Source of the DNA: a virus
Lineage: Duplodnaviria; Caudoviricetes
Strand: one strand, 5' to 3'
IMG/VR virus record: IMGVR_UViG_3300006030_000030
Span: 1 to 62,866 of that record
Length of the DNA: 62,866 bases
A program made the position numbers and the translations under genes. The notes under the pieces were generated by a model that searched no databases, had not been told where the DNA came from, and saw nothing but the letters and a program-made list of their open reading frames with translations. This document shows, piece after piece, positions 8,428 through 18,392 of the stretch (positions are counted from its first letter, which is position 1; each line of letters starts with the position of its first letter).

Positions 8428-9792
8428 ATGGCGACCTATGTGAACAACCTGCGATTGAAAGAGATCGCAACAGGCGACGAGTCCGGCACTTGGGGGACGA
8501 GCACCAACACCAACCTTGAGCTGATTGCCGATGCGTTTGGCTACAGCACCGAGCAGCTGGCCGCCAATGCGGACGAGACGTTCACCATGACCGACGGCAC
8601 CGCCGACGGCGTGCGGGCCATGTACCTCAAGCTCACCTCCGCTGTGTCTTTGTCTGCTACGCGCACGGTGACTCTGGCCCCCAACACGGTCAGCAAGGTC
8701 TGGATCATCGAGAACGCCACCACAGGCGGTCAGTCGATTACGATCTCGCAAGGCTCAGGCAGCTCGGTAACCATCGCTACGGGCACAAAGGCGATGATAG
8801 TAACTGACGGTGCGGGCGGCGGCGCAGCAGTAACGCTGGCAAACCCCACGGTGAGCTTGGCTTCTGGTGTTACAGGCACACTACCTGTCGGCAACGGTGG
8901 TACAGGCGCAACCACGCTCACTGCCAACAACGTGATCCTCGGTAACGGCGGTTCTGCCGTTCAGTTTGTAGCACCCGGCACGAACGGTAACGTCCTGACA
9001 TCAAATGGTACAACGTGGCAGTCAACAACCCCGGCAGCAGGGGTTACGCTTTCGGGTAATAACGCCTTCACCGGGGCAAATACGTTCTACAACGCCACAG
9101 GTCAGACCTTCGGCACCGCCACTTCAACGCAGGACGGCATTATTCTTGCTGGGCGTGCAGGAGGTTCGTCCTCTTATCGTGTAACGATGACCCCAACAAC
9201 ACTGACGGCATCGCGCACGCTGACGCTCCCTGATGCCACTGATACTATATCCGTCCTTGGCACTGCACAGACATTTACCGCAGCACAAACCTTTCGCGCA
9301 GCAAACGCAATCCGATCTGAAGCGGCCTCAACACAGGATGCCGTAGTAGTTGCTGGTCGAGCAGGTGGCACAAGCAGTTATGCAATCACATTGACTCCAG
9401 CCACGCTGTCCGCAAGTCGAACCCTGACACTGCCTGACCCCGGCAGTAATGAAACGCTGGGCTATCTGAACATTCCCCAAGTTTCGCAGTCAGCCGCCTA
9501 TACGCTCGTTTTGACGGATGCTGGCAAGCAAATCTTCCACCCCTCTGCGGACACTACGGCAAGGACGTTCACGATTCCTGCCAACGGTTCCGTGGCCTTC
9601 CCTGTCGGCACAGCGGTCACGTTCATCAACCAGAACGGCGCGGGTGTGATTACGATTGCTATCACCACCGACACGATGCGTCTTGCAGGGGCTGGTACTA
9701 CCGGATCACGCACACTTGCAGCGAATGGTGTAGCCACAGCGGTGAAGGTGACTTCGACGGAATGGATCATTTCTGGAGTGGGGTTGACTTGA
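8428..9792 (+). CDS. Tail fibre protein
   Basis: GTWGTSTNTNL N-terminus; LPVGNGGTGATT repeat; T/A/G-rich. Confidence 0.75.
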   Translation: MATYVNNLRLKEIATGDESGTWGTSTNTNLELIADAFGYSTEQLAANADETFTMTDGTADGVRAMYLKLTSAVSLSATRTVTLAPNTVSKVWIIENATTGGQSITISQGSGSSVTIATGTKAMIVTDGAGGGAAVTLANPTVSLASGVTGTLPVGNGGTGATTLTANNVILGNGGSAVQFVAPGTNGNVLTSNGTTWQSTTPAAGVTLSGNNAFTGANTFYNATGQTFGTATSTQDGIILAGRAGGSSSYRVTMTPTTLTASRTLTLPDATDTISVLGTAQTFTAAQTFRAANAIRSEAASTQDAVVVAGRAGGTSSYAITLTPATLSASRTLTLPDPGSNETLGYLNIPQVSQSAAYTLVLTDAGKQIFHPSADTTARTFTIPANGSVAFPVGTAVTFINQNGAGVITIAITTDTMRLAGAGTTGSRTLAANGVATAVKVTSTEWIISGVGLT

Positions 9793-9793
9793 T

Positions 9794-10897
9794 ATGAGCG
9801 GTATTCTTCAAGGGCTACTAGCCAGTTTTTCTGCTGGCGGCCCCGCACTTTATGCGTGGGGTAACAACACCTACGGTCAACTAGGAGTGATAGGTTATTT
9901 TTCCAGCCCTAAGCAAGTTGGAACCTTAACTACATGGTATCAAGTTTCTGCAGGCTCTCAGTTTACTTGCGCGGTCAAGTCTGACGGCACCATGTGGGCG
10001 TGGGGGAGAAGCGAATACGGCCAGCTAGGGTTGGGGAACACTACTAACTACTCCTCACCTAAGCAAATTGGTGCACTTACTACGTGGGCAAGAGTAAGTT
10101 GCGCCTTGGGAGGATGGCACGCAATTGCAATAAAAACAGACGGCACCATGTGGTCATGGGGTAGAAACGAATACGGACAACTTGGGACTGGAAACGTAAC
10201 ATATTATTCTAGCCCCGTACAAATTGGAGCGCTTACTACTTGGGCAAAAATAAGTTGTGGGGGTAATTTCTCAATCGCCATAAAAACTGACGGAACAGCA
10301 TGGTCGTGGGGTCAAGGCAACTCCGGGCAGCGGGGGGATAACACCACCACAGTTACAAGGAACAGCCCTATCCAAATCGGAGCATTAACAAACTGGCAAG
10401 ATATTTCGTGTGGGTATGACCACTCTATTGCGGTAAAAACAGACGGCACCATTTGGAGTTGGGGGTCTGGCAACTCAGGGGCGTTAGGGCTAGGAAACAT
10501 AAACCAGTACGCAAGCCCTAAACAAATAGGCGCGTTGACTGCATGGGCTACCCCGAGTTCTGGAGGCATACACTCCATTGCAATAAAGACTGACGGCACC
10601 CTTTGGAGTTGGGGGCGAAACAACGAAGGGCAATTAGGTAGGGGCAACACGACAAACTACTCTAGCCCAGTGCAAGTAGGTGCGCTAACTACGTGGCAGA
10701 AGGCTGCTTGCGGGGTGTTTTATACCACTGCTATTACATCCGGCAAGGCACTGTGGGTTTGGGGAGCCAACAACGCAGGCCAGCTTGGGTTAAATAACAC
10801 CACCTACTACTCGAGCCCGAAGCAAGTTGGCGCTCTTACTACATGGCTTCAAACGGCTGCGGGGAGGTATTTTACAATGGGCGTATTAAACTCTTAG
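9794..10897 (+). CDS. RCC1-repeat beta-propeller protein
   Basis: Repeats of AIKTDGT.WSWG.N..GQLG.G....YSSP.QIGALT.W. Confidence 0.85.
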   Translation: MSGILQGLLASFSAGGPALYAWGNNTYGQLGVIGYFSSPKQVGTLTTWYQVSAGSQFTCAVKSDGTMWAWGRSEYGQLGLGNTTNYSSPKQIGALTTWARVSCALGGWHAIAIKTDGTMWSWGRNEYGQLGTGNVTYYSSPVQIGALTTWAKISCGGNFSIAIKTDGTAWSWGQGNSGQRGDNTTTVTRNSPIQIGALTNWQDISCGYDHSIAVKTDGTIWSWGSGNSGALGLGNINQYASPKQIGALTAWATPSSGGIHSIAIKTDGTLWSWGRNNEGQLGRGNTTNYSSPVQVGALTTWQKAACGVFYTTAITSGKALWVWGANNAGQLGLNNTTYYSSPKQVGALTTWLQTAAGRYFTMGVLNS

Positions 10898-10905
10898 TAG
10901 GTTAT

Positions 10906-12675
10906 ATGAACAAAACCCTTCACTTTCTCTCAGGTATCCCCCGTTCCGGCTCAACTGTGCTGGCGGCGATACTTAACCAGAACCCACAGACGCACGTTTC
11001 CACTACGTCAGGGCTGGTTCACGCGCTGGACGGGCTGGCAACGACATGGCACCAAGCCGGGCTGTTGAACGAGAACGACAAGGACCGCACCAAGCTCGCT
11101 CAGACCATGCGCGGGATGATTGATGCGTTCTATGGAGAGACCGACAAGCCTGTGGTAATTGACAAGGGTCGTGGGTGGCCGATCCCGGTCATCATGCAAG
11201 CAATGGGGCAGGTGCTGGGGCACAAGCCCAAGATTATCGCCACTGTACGCTCTGTACCTGACTGCATGGCGTCCTTCGTGCGGGTAGCCAAGCCTGAGAG
11301 CCTAGAAGAGTTCATGTACTCCGGGCAGCTTGCGGATCACCTGAAAGCCGCCTATATCTCACTGCAGCAGGGCTACGAGTACGACCCCGAGTGCTTCCTG
11401 TTCGTGGAGTACGAAGACCTTCTTGCCGACGCCAAGGCGCAGCTGGATCGGATTCACACGTTCCTCGACCTGCCCGCGTTCGACTATGACTTCAGCAACA
11501 TCGACGGCTCCTCGGTAAAAGAGGACGACGAGAACTTGCACGGCTACGAAGGCATGCACGACATCAAGCCCGTCCTGCAAAAACAGCACAGCGACAACCC
11601 CAAGGATTTATTGAAGCACCACTATTCAATGTTCTGCCAGCCTGAGTTCTGGCTTGATCGCCCGCGCACCGTCCCTGAGTTGCACGACCTTGATCTGCAA
11701 CTTGCCGCCAGCCGCATGGGCGACTTTGCCGAGGGCTGGAGACTGTGCCAGAAACTAGAAGCCGACGAGCCTGACAACCACCGAGCTGCCTACAACCGGG
11801 GCTGGTACATGCTCCGTCAGGGCAAGCTGCAGAAAGGCTATCAGCTGATGGATCGTGGTCGCATCGTGGGAGTGTTTGGCAACAAGCGCCCTGATGTACC
11901 GACCGCGCCTTGGGATGGCAAGAGCAAGGGCATCGTTATGCTCTACCTCGAAGGCGGTCTTGGCGATCAGATACATCAAGTCAGGTACGCCAAAGCAATC
12001 GCAGATCGTGGGTGCAAAGTCATTGTGTCCTGCACTGGGCCTCTTGCATCCCTGTTCGTTGGTGTAGAGGGCGTCTCCGCTGTCATCCAGCACGAAGCCT
12101 CGTTCGGTATCTACCACGACTACTTTGTTCAGGGCATGAGCGCCGTAGTGCCTCTGGGCTTTGAACTGAACGACTTGAGTGGTAAGCCTTACCTGACCAA
12201 GCCCAAAGTAATCAGGGGCCGCAAGAAACGCATAGGGCTGCGCTGGCAGGGGCAGATGGCGTTCGAGAACGAGCACCAGAAGAAGTTTCCCTATGACCTG
12301 ATGTTTGATGCCGTGAAGGACGCAGATGCGGAGTTCATTTCCCTGCAACGTGATGAGGGTGCAGACTTCTGCCCGTCATGGGTGAAGCAGGTTCCGCTGA
12401 ATAGCTGGGAAGATACCCGCGCTGCTGCGGCATCGTGTGATTTGGTGATCTCTGCGTGTACTTCGGTGAGCCACTTGTCGGCTGCGATGGGCGTGGAGAC
12501 GTGGGTCGTGACTCCGGTGATGCCGTACTTCCTGTACGCCCTTGAAGGAGAGACCTGCCCCTACTACGACACCATGAAGCTCATGCGGCAAGAAGTGTTC
12601 GGTGACTGGACGGCTCCGTTTGAGCGCATTAAAGAACGTCTTAGCGAGAAGCAAGTATTGAGGAGGGTAAAATGA
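10906..12675 (+). CDS. Sulfotransferase-TPR-glycosyltransferase (GT-B, GT9-like) fusion
   Basis: N-terminal PAPS-binding motif GIPRSGST and 3'PB RSVPDCMAS; helical linker; C-terminal EGGLGDQI and DLVISACTSVSHLSAAMG. Start placed at ATG 10906. Confidence 0.8.
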   Translation: MNKTLHFLSGIPRSGSTVLAAILNQNPQTHVSTTSGLVHALDGLATTWHQAGLLNENDKDRTKLAQTMRGMIDAFYGETDKPVVIDKGRGWPIPVIMQAMGQVLGHKPKIIATVRSVPDCMASFVRVAKPESLEEFMYSGQLADHLKAAYISLQQGYEYDPECFLFVEYEDLLADAKAQLDRIHTFLDLPAFDYDFSNIDGSSVKEDDENLHGYEGMHDIKPVLQKQHSDNPKDLLKHHYSMFCQPEFWLDRPRTVPELHDLDLQLAASRMGDFAEGWRLCQKLEADEPDNHRAAYNRGWYMLRQGKLQKGYQLMDRGRIVGVFGNKRPDVPTAPWDGKSKGIVMLYLEGGLGDQIHQVRYAKAIADRGCKVIVSCTGPLASLFVGVEGVSAVIQHEASFGIYHDYFVQGMSAVVPLGFELNDLSGKPYLTKPKVIRGRKKRIGLRWQGQMAFENEHQKKFPYDLMFDAVKDADAEFISLQRDEGADFCPSWVKQVPLNSWEDTRAAAASCDLVISACTSVSHLSAAMGVETWVVTPVMPYFLYALEGETCPYYDTMKLMRQEVFGDWTAPFERIKERLSEKQVLRRVK

Positions 12676-13073
12676 GTAATTTATTTGTCAAAATAGCAAA
12701 CAATGAAGTAACTCAGGTCTGGGACACGCAGCCGCCTGCCGGTGAGTCTGGCTGGAAGTCTGCCATTGAAGTTCGCCCTGTTCTGACCAGCCGTCAGCAG
12801 TACACTGAACACAGCTTTGATCTGACCAAAGACCCCGTAGAGATTGTCTGGGGCGTGCGTGAGATCAGCGTCGATGAGCGCAAGGGCCAGTATGCCTCAC
12901 GCTACAAAACAGCCTTCCAGCAGGTTGTAAACGACGAGATGCGTAAAGAGGTAGACGAGTTCCCCACTACCCAGTACGACGCTGCCGTGGTTGACGCTGC
13001 CCGCGTAGAGTTTGAAACCAAGACAACTGCACTCGCTGCAATCACCACGCACGAAGAACTAGACGCGCTGTGA
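12672..13073 (+). CDS. Hypothetical protein, tail chaperone-like
   Basis: 133 aa, GGAGG RBS, coupled. Confidence 0.65.
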   Translation: MSNLFVKIANNEVTQVWDTQPPAGESGWKSAIEVRPVLTSRQQYTEHSFDLTKDPVEIVWGVREISVDERKGQYASRYKTAFQQVVNDEMRKEVDEFPTTQYDAAVVDAARVEFETKTTALAAITTHEELDAL

Positions 13074-13540
13074 AAATACTAATCATGGGCCTGCCGGGTA
13101 GCGGTAAAACTACTCTTGCAAGAGTGCTGGCAGAGCGCCTGCGCTGTACCCATTTCAATGCCGACGACATTCGTGAGAACATCAACAAAGACCTTGGTTT
13201 TAGTCCTGAAGACAGAATTGAGCAGGCTCGCAGGATGGGGCATCTTTGTAACCTGTCCTCCCGCTGGGGCGAGGCGGTGATAGCAGATTTTGTCTGCCCG
13301 ACAGAAGAAACTCGGGCGGCGTTTGATGCTGACTTCGTGGTCTGGATGGATACAATTTCCTCCAGCCGATACAAGGATACCAACTCAATCTTCGTTCCAC
13401 CGAAGCGATACGATTACCGGATTATCAATTTCAGCAAGCCGACGGTTGACCACGCCAAGGAGATACACGCCAAGGCGTTCAAAAGCCGGTTAACAGTCGT
13501 AGAAATGCCAGTAGAGGTGATGACCCGTGAACATAGATGA
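13070..13540 (+). CDS. cysC: Adenylylsulfate (APS) kinase-like protein
   Basis: P-loop GLPGSGKTT, then ADDIRE..KDLGFSPEDR.EQARR and DFVCP. Confidence 0.8.
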   Translation: MKILIMGLPGSGKTTLARVLAERLRCTHFNADDIRENINKDLGFSPEDRIEQARRMGHLCNLSSRWGEAVIADFVCPTEETRAAFDADFVVWMDTISSSRYKDTNSIFVPPKRYDYRIINFSKPTVDHAKEIHAKAFKSRLTVVEMPVEVMTREHR

Positions 13541-13769
13541 GATCGCTTTACGTCAAATCGTCCGCGAGGAAATGAAGTCGGCTTTGAAAGAGGTCGGGCT
13601 GCACGATGATGACGCTGGGACGGATGTTCGTGACCTTCGCTCACTGATTACCGACTGGCGCGGCATTAAAAAAACTATCTGGCAGACCATTGCTAGGGCA
13701 GGGACTATTTTCGTTCTCGGCCTGCTTATGCTCGGTGGGTGGAACAAGATCAACGGCAATGGTGAGTAA
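13527..13769 (+). CDS. Small membrane protein (lysis module)
   Basis: 80 aa, C-terminal hydrophobic helix, GAGGT RBS. Confidence 0.65.
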   Translation: MNIDEIALRQIVREEMKSALKEVGLHDDDAGTDVRDLRSLITDWRGIKKTIWQTIARAGTIFVLGLLMLGGWNKINGNGE

Positions 13770-13771
13770 CC

Positions 13772-14242
13772 ATGCTCGATCCTGTCTCGGCCATGGCGAT
13801 TGCCACCTCGGCATACAATGTCCTTAAAAAAGGCATCGAGGTAGGCCGTGAGCTGGAGGACATGGGCGGGCAACTGGGAACGTGGTTCGGTGCGATTGCT
13901 GACGTAAAAGCCGCCGACGAAGAAGCTTCTGACCCACCTCTTTTTAAAAAGATGTTTGCTAGGTCTTCGGTTGAGCAGGAAGCGATTGAGAACCTGATGC
14001 GTCGCAAGAAAATTGAGCAGCAAGAGCGTGAGCTAAGAGAGATGATTGTTTACCGATTCGGGGTAGATGCGTATCGGGACATGATTAAAGACCGCAACAG
14101 TATTCGTGACGCCCGCAAAAGAGCAGTTGATGCTCGAGCAAGGAAAATCAAGAAACTGATATTGAACGCCGTCGCCATTGCGCTCATTGCGCTGATAGTG
14201 GCGATACCGATTGTGGCTGCAATAGTGATTATGAGGATGTAA
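13772..14242 (+). CDS. Coiled-coil protein with C-terminal transmembrane helix
   Basis: 156 aa; MLDPVSAMA start; hydrophobic C-terminus. Confidence 0.7.
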   Translation: MLDPVSAMAIATSAYNVLKKGIEVGRELEDMGGQLGTWFGAIADVKAADEEASDPPLFKKMFARSSVEQEAIENLMRRKKIEQQERELREMIVYRFGVDAYRDMIKDRNSIRDARKRAVDARARKIKKLILNAVAIALIALIVAIPIVAAIVIMRM

Positions 14243-14244
14243 GT

Positions 14245-14730
14245 ATGATGACCCTACTTTCCACGCTGCTGGGCTTCGCTTCCGGCGGTCTGCCAAAGGT
14301 TCTCGACTTTTTCCAAGACCGTGGCGACAAGAAACACGAGCTGGCATTGATGGCTATGCAGCGTGAGCGCGAGATTGCTCTGGCGAAAGAGGGTTATATT
14401 GCACAGGCCAAAGTCGAAGAAATTAAGACCGAGCAGATTGCCATGCAGACACAAGCCCAAGAGAAGTTGGCGATGTGGAAGCACGACATGAAGATTGGCG
14501 AAGGGGCCAGCACTTGGGTGATCAACCTTCGCGCCAGTGTGAGACCCGTGGTCACATATCTGTTTGTTGGCCTTTTGATTACCGTTGATGTTGCGGGAAT
14601 CTGGTACGCATATTCAACCGGAGTAGCGTTTGCAGATGCAATGAATCAGGTTTTTTCGGACGATGAGATGAGCATATTGGCCGCGATTATCGCGTTTTGG
14701 TTCGGGTCACAGGCTTTCTCCAAGAAATGA
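14245..14730 (+). CDS. Putative holin (3TM holin-like)
   Basis: LRASVRPVVTY..TM..IIAFWFGS motif, directly before the endolysin. Confidence 0.7.
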   Translation: MMTLLSTLLGFASGGLPKVLDFFQDRGDKKHELALMAMQREREIALAKEGYIAQAKVEEIKTEQIAMQTQAQEKLAMWKHDMKIGEGASTWVINLRASVRPVVTYLFVGLLITVDVAGIWYAYSTGVAFADAMNQVFSDDEMSILAAIIAFWFGSQAFSKK

Positions 14731-15194
14731 GCGATTTGATAAAAGCGTTTGAGGGGTGCCATAACACCCCCTATTTATGCCCAGCGAAACTTTGGACGGT
14801 AGGTTACGGCCATGTTCTTTACCCTGAGCAAGCAAGGCTTAAAGCCGACGAAAGAGCCTCTTATCCAGTCAAGCCTGAGCATAATAGGGTCTGGGATGCT
14901 GACGAAATTGATGCGCTTCTTGCGGAGGATTTACATCGCTTTGAGGCTGGGATATTACGATTATGTCCTGCTTCTGCTGATAATGACCGCCATTTTGCAG
15001 CGCTGGTCAGCTTTGCGTTCAATGTGGGGCTAGGAAATCTTCAGGCGTCAACTTTGCGGATGAGGTACAATCGCGGGGACTACTCTGGCGCGGCAGACGA
15101 GTTTCTCAAGTGGCGCAAGTCAAATGGCGTTGTTTTAAGAGGACTTGAAAGGCGCAGAGAAGCGGAACGGGCGCTGTTCTTATCCGAGGGTTAA
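14727..15194 (+). CDS. Endolysin, GH24 lysozyme
   Basis: IKAFEG..PY.CPA..WTVGYGH, ALVSFAFNVG, GL.RRREAE. Start ATG 14727. Confidence 0.92.
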   Translation: MSDLIKAFEGCHNTPYLCPAKLWTVGYGHVLYPEQARLKADERASYPVKPEHNRVWDADEIDALLAEDLHRFEAGILRLCPASADNDRHFAALVSFAFNVGLGNLQASTLRMRYNRGDYSGAADEFLKWRKSNGVVLRGLERRREAERALFLSEG

Positions 15195-15200
15195 TCACCG

Positions 15201-17066
15201 ATGGCCTATTTTCGCCTCAACATCAAGCCGGGCATCGACAAGCAAAACACTGAGTACGGTGCCGAGGGCGGCTACACGGACGGGGACAACATCCGTTTCC
15301 GTTACGGCCTGCCTGAGAAAATAGGCGGCTGGGAAGGCTTCGAGGGCCAAGATACCTACCTCGTGGGCATGCCCAGCGAGGTGTTTACGTGGACGAGCCT
15401 GTCTGGCATTCCCTACGTCATGGTGGGCACCACCAAAAAGCTCTACGTTTCCACGGGCAGCCTGTGGTTTGACATCACCCCACTGCGGGACACTACCACG
15501 GCAGGTGCAGTCACCTTTGCCGCGACCGACGGCTCGGCCACCATCATGGTGACCGACACGGGCCACGGGGCCGAGTTGGGCGATTTTGTTACCTTCAGTG
15601 GGGCAGTAGCGCTGGGCGGCAACATCACCGCTGCCATCCTGAACTCTGAGTACGAAATCACCTCCATTGTCAGCGCCAATGCGTACACCATCACGGCGCC
15701 TGTGGCGGCCAACGCCAGTGATTCAGGCAACGGCGGCGCCTCTGTGATCGGCGCTTACCAGATTTCCGTCGGATCTGATGTCAACTACTTCGACTTCGGC
15801 TGGGGCACCGGCACATGGGGCCAGAGCACATGGGGCACGCCACGTACCGCAGGCACCACCCCTGCACTGGAGTCCCGCGTCTGGCAGTTTGACAACTACG
15901 GCGAGGACGTGGTCTGCCAGCTGGTAGACGGCCCGGCGTATTACTGGGACCTGTCAGCAGGAACATCGGCCCGCGCAACGGTGCTCTCGGGCGCTCCGAC
16001 CAAGAGCAAGTACGCGCTGGTCTCCACGCCTGACAGGCACCTTGTCTGCTTCGGCACGGAATCCGTCATTGGCACACCGTCCTCACAGGATCCGATGTTC
16101 GTGCGGTTCTCCAATCAGGAGGACATCACGCAGTTCGTCGAGAGCGCGACCAACACGGCCGGCGGTCAACGGCTCACGGACGGCAACCAGATCGTCACGG
16201 CAGTGCGCTCGCGCGGCCAGATCCTGATCTTCACCGACACCTCACTGCACGGCCAGCAGTTCCTTGGGCCGCCGTTCACCTTCGGCTTCCAGCAGCTGGG
16301 CGCCAACTGCGGCTGTATCGGGCCCCACGCGGCTGTGGATGTCAATGGCGTGACGTTCTGGATGGGCACCGAGGCCTTCTACGTGTTCGACGGTACCGTC
16401 AAGAAGCTCTCCTGTACGGTGCAGGACTACGTGTTCAAGGACCTCAATCAGGTGCAGAAGACCAAGGTTCATGTGGGTCTGAACAGCCAGTTCAACGAGG
16501 TGACGTGGTGGTACTGCTCGTTCACCAGCGACTACATCGACCGTTATGTGAGCTTCAATTACCTCGAAAACGTCTGGTCGATTGGCACCATGGCCCGCAC
16601 GGCATGGGTGGATCTGAGCGCGTACCCCAAGCCGGTGGCCACGAAGTACTACCCGGAAGGAACGCAGAGCACGATCAGCACCATCTACGGACTGACTGCC
16701 GGTCGGGCGATTGTGTACCAGCAGGAGTCTGGCACGAACGACAACGGCGTATCGATGCCCAACTATCTGGTGTCCGGCTACTTTGACATCGGGGATGGCG
16801 ACAACATGCTGTACATGAAGCGCTTCATTCCCGACTTCAAGAATCAGGTAGGCGACCTGACCATACGCCTGTTGTTGCGCCCCTATCCGCAGGCCACTGC
16901 CAGCCCGAGTTCCTTGGACCCGTATGTCATCACGCCGACCACTGAAAAGGTGGACACCCGCGCCCGTGGGCGACAGATATCCCTGCGCATTGAGAACGAC
17001 GAGCTGAATTCGTTCTGGCGCTTCGGAACGCTGCGTGTCGATATCCAACCGGATGGTCTGCGATGA
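15201..17066 (+). CDS. Putative tail tubular B / packaged-DNA stabilisation protein
   Basis: 621 aa; VRFSNQED and DTRARGRQ; position before the ejection proteins. Confidence 0.65.
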   Translation: MAYFRLNIKPGIDKQNTEYGAEGGYTDGDNIRFRYGLPEKIGGWEGFEGQDTYLVGMPSEVFTWTSLSGIPYVMVGTTKKLYVSTGSLWFDITPLRDTTTAGAVTFAATDGSATIMVTDTGHGAELGDFVTFSGAVALGGNITAAILNSEYEITSIVSANAYTITAPVAANASDSGNGGASVIGAYQISVGSDVNYFDFGWGTGTWGQSTWGTPRTAGTTPALESRVWQFDNYGEDVVCQLVDGPAYYWDLSAGTSARATVLSGAPTKSKYALVSTPDRHLVCFGTESVIGTPSSQDPMFVRFSNQEDITQFVESATNTAGGQRLTDGNQIVTAVRSRGQILIFTDTSLHGQQFLGPPFTFGFQQLGANCGCIGPHAAVDVNGVTFWMGTEAFYVFDGTVKKLSCTVQDYVFKDLNQVQKTKVHVGLNSQFNEVTWWYCSFTSDYIDRYVSFNYLENVWSIGTMARTAWVDLSAYPKPVATKYYPEGTQSTISTIYGLTAGRAIVYQQESGTNDNGVSMPNYLVSGYFDIGDGDNMLYMKRFIPDFKNQVGDLTIRLLLRPYPQATASPSSLDPYVITPTTEKVDTRARGRQISLRIENDELNSFWRFGTLRVDIQPDGLR

Positions 17067-17977
17067 GCAAGATCAATAACGTCCGTCTGCCCAACGCCTC
17101 GGCGGCCTACAGCCCGGAGCAGTTCAACCAGCTGGTGCGCTCGCTGGAACAGGTGATTCTTCTGCTTAACAGCAGCTACGGCTCTGTGGTGGATCAGGAC
17201 ACTGCGGGGGCGCAGTCGTGGTTTGACGGCACCGTGGGCCGCGCAGGGCAGTCCGGCACGCAGGGAATCCTGTTGGCCTATGGCGCGTTTCAAGACGATA
17301 CTGATCAGATTGCAGGGGCCACTACCGCTGCCTACGCAGTTCGGCTGAACACCACTGACTACACAAACGGCATCTACATAAGTGACCGTACGGCTGTTTT
17401 CACCGGCACGATCAACGACGGAACACCCCCCGGCGCGGGCACCGTGCTCAATGTAACGGCAGTCACCTCCGGCACGATTGAGCTTGGGATGCAGCTCACG
17501 GGCACTGGCGTGACCGCAGGCACGCGGATCACGGCCTACGGCACAGGCAGTGGTGGCACTGGTACGTACACGGTGAACACTTCGCAAGAGGTCGCCAGCA
17601 CGACGATTACAGGCACGCTCCCGTCCAAGGTCACAGTGGACTACGCAGGCATCTATAACCTGCAGTTCAGCTTTCAGTTCGTTAACACCGACACGCAGAT
17701 TCACGACACGGACGTGTGGTTTCGCAAGAACGGGACGAACATCGCGAGCAGCAACAGCCGGTTCTCTGTTCCGAACAGTCACGGCGGGGTGGATGGGCAC
17801 TTGATCGCGGCGCTGAACTTTTTCTTGGACATGGACCCGGGGGACTTCATCGAGATCATGTGGCATACCGATGACATTCAGGTGTCCCTCCAACAGCTTC
17901 CGACGGCGGCTTCGCCCACGCGCCCTGCAACGCCTTCTGCAATTGTTACGATGCAATACGTGTCGTCATTGGTGTAA
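17063..17977 (+). CDS. Putative tail protein
   Basis: 304 aa, beta-rich, coupled. Confidence 0.65.
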   Translation: MSKINNVRLPNASAAYSPEQFNQLVRSLEQVILLLNSSYGSVVDQDTAGAQSWFDGTVGRAGQSGTQGILLAYGAFQDDTDQIAGATTAAYAVRLNTTDYTNGIYISDRTAVFTGTINDGTPPGAGTVLNVTAVTSGTIELGMQLTGTGVTAGTRITAYGTGSGGTGTYTVNTSQEVASTTITGTLPSKVTVDYAGIYNLQFSFQFVNTDTQIHDTDVWFRKNGTNIASSNSRFSVPNSHGGVDGHLIAALNFFLDMDPGDFIEIMWHTDDIQVSLQQLPTAASPTRPATPSAIVTMQYVSSLV

Positions 17978-17980
17978 AAC

Positions 17981-18313
17981 ATGGCCAACAAATACCTACG
18001 CAAAAACATCATCCCCTCGGCCGCAACCGAGACCGACTTGTACGTGGTGCCTGCCGCAACCACAGGCGTCCTGCGGTCCCTACGGGTGACCAATGCCAAC
18101 GCCACGCGAACCACGATCACTGTTTCCCAGTACGACTCTGGGAGCGCGACTGAGCATTTCCTGCTCAAGGCGTATGCGATACCCCCAAATACCACGTTTG
18201 ACGTGTTTAATGGCGTGCCCTGTGTGCTGCTTGAGGGGGACGAATTGACTGTGGAGTCGCTTCTTTCGGACTGTCACTTCTATCTAAGCTATCTCGAAGT
18301 GGACAGGTCTTGA
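17981..18313 (+). CDS. Putative small virion protein
   Basis: 110 aa; TDLYVVPAATT pattern. Confidence 0.7.
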   Translation: MANKYLRKNIIPSAATETDLYVVPAATTGVLRSLRVTNANATRTTITVSQYDSGSATEHFLLKAYAIPPNTTFDVFNGVPCVLLEGDELTVESLLSDCHFYLSYLEVDRS

Positions 18314-18392
18314 TAAAGTCTTGATAATTACCGCAATCCATGCCCTGCGCATGCGGCCCTGTGAGGCCCTAAACTACACTTAGGAATCCTTC

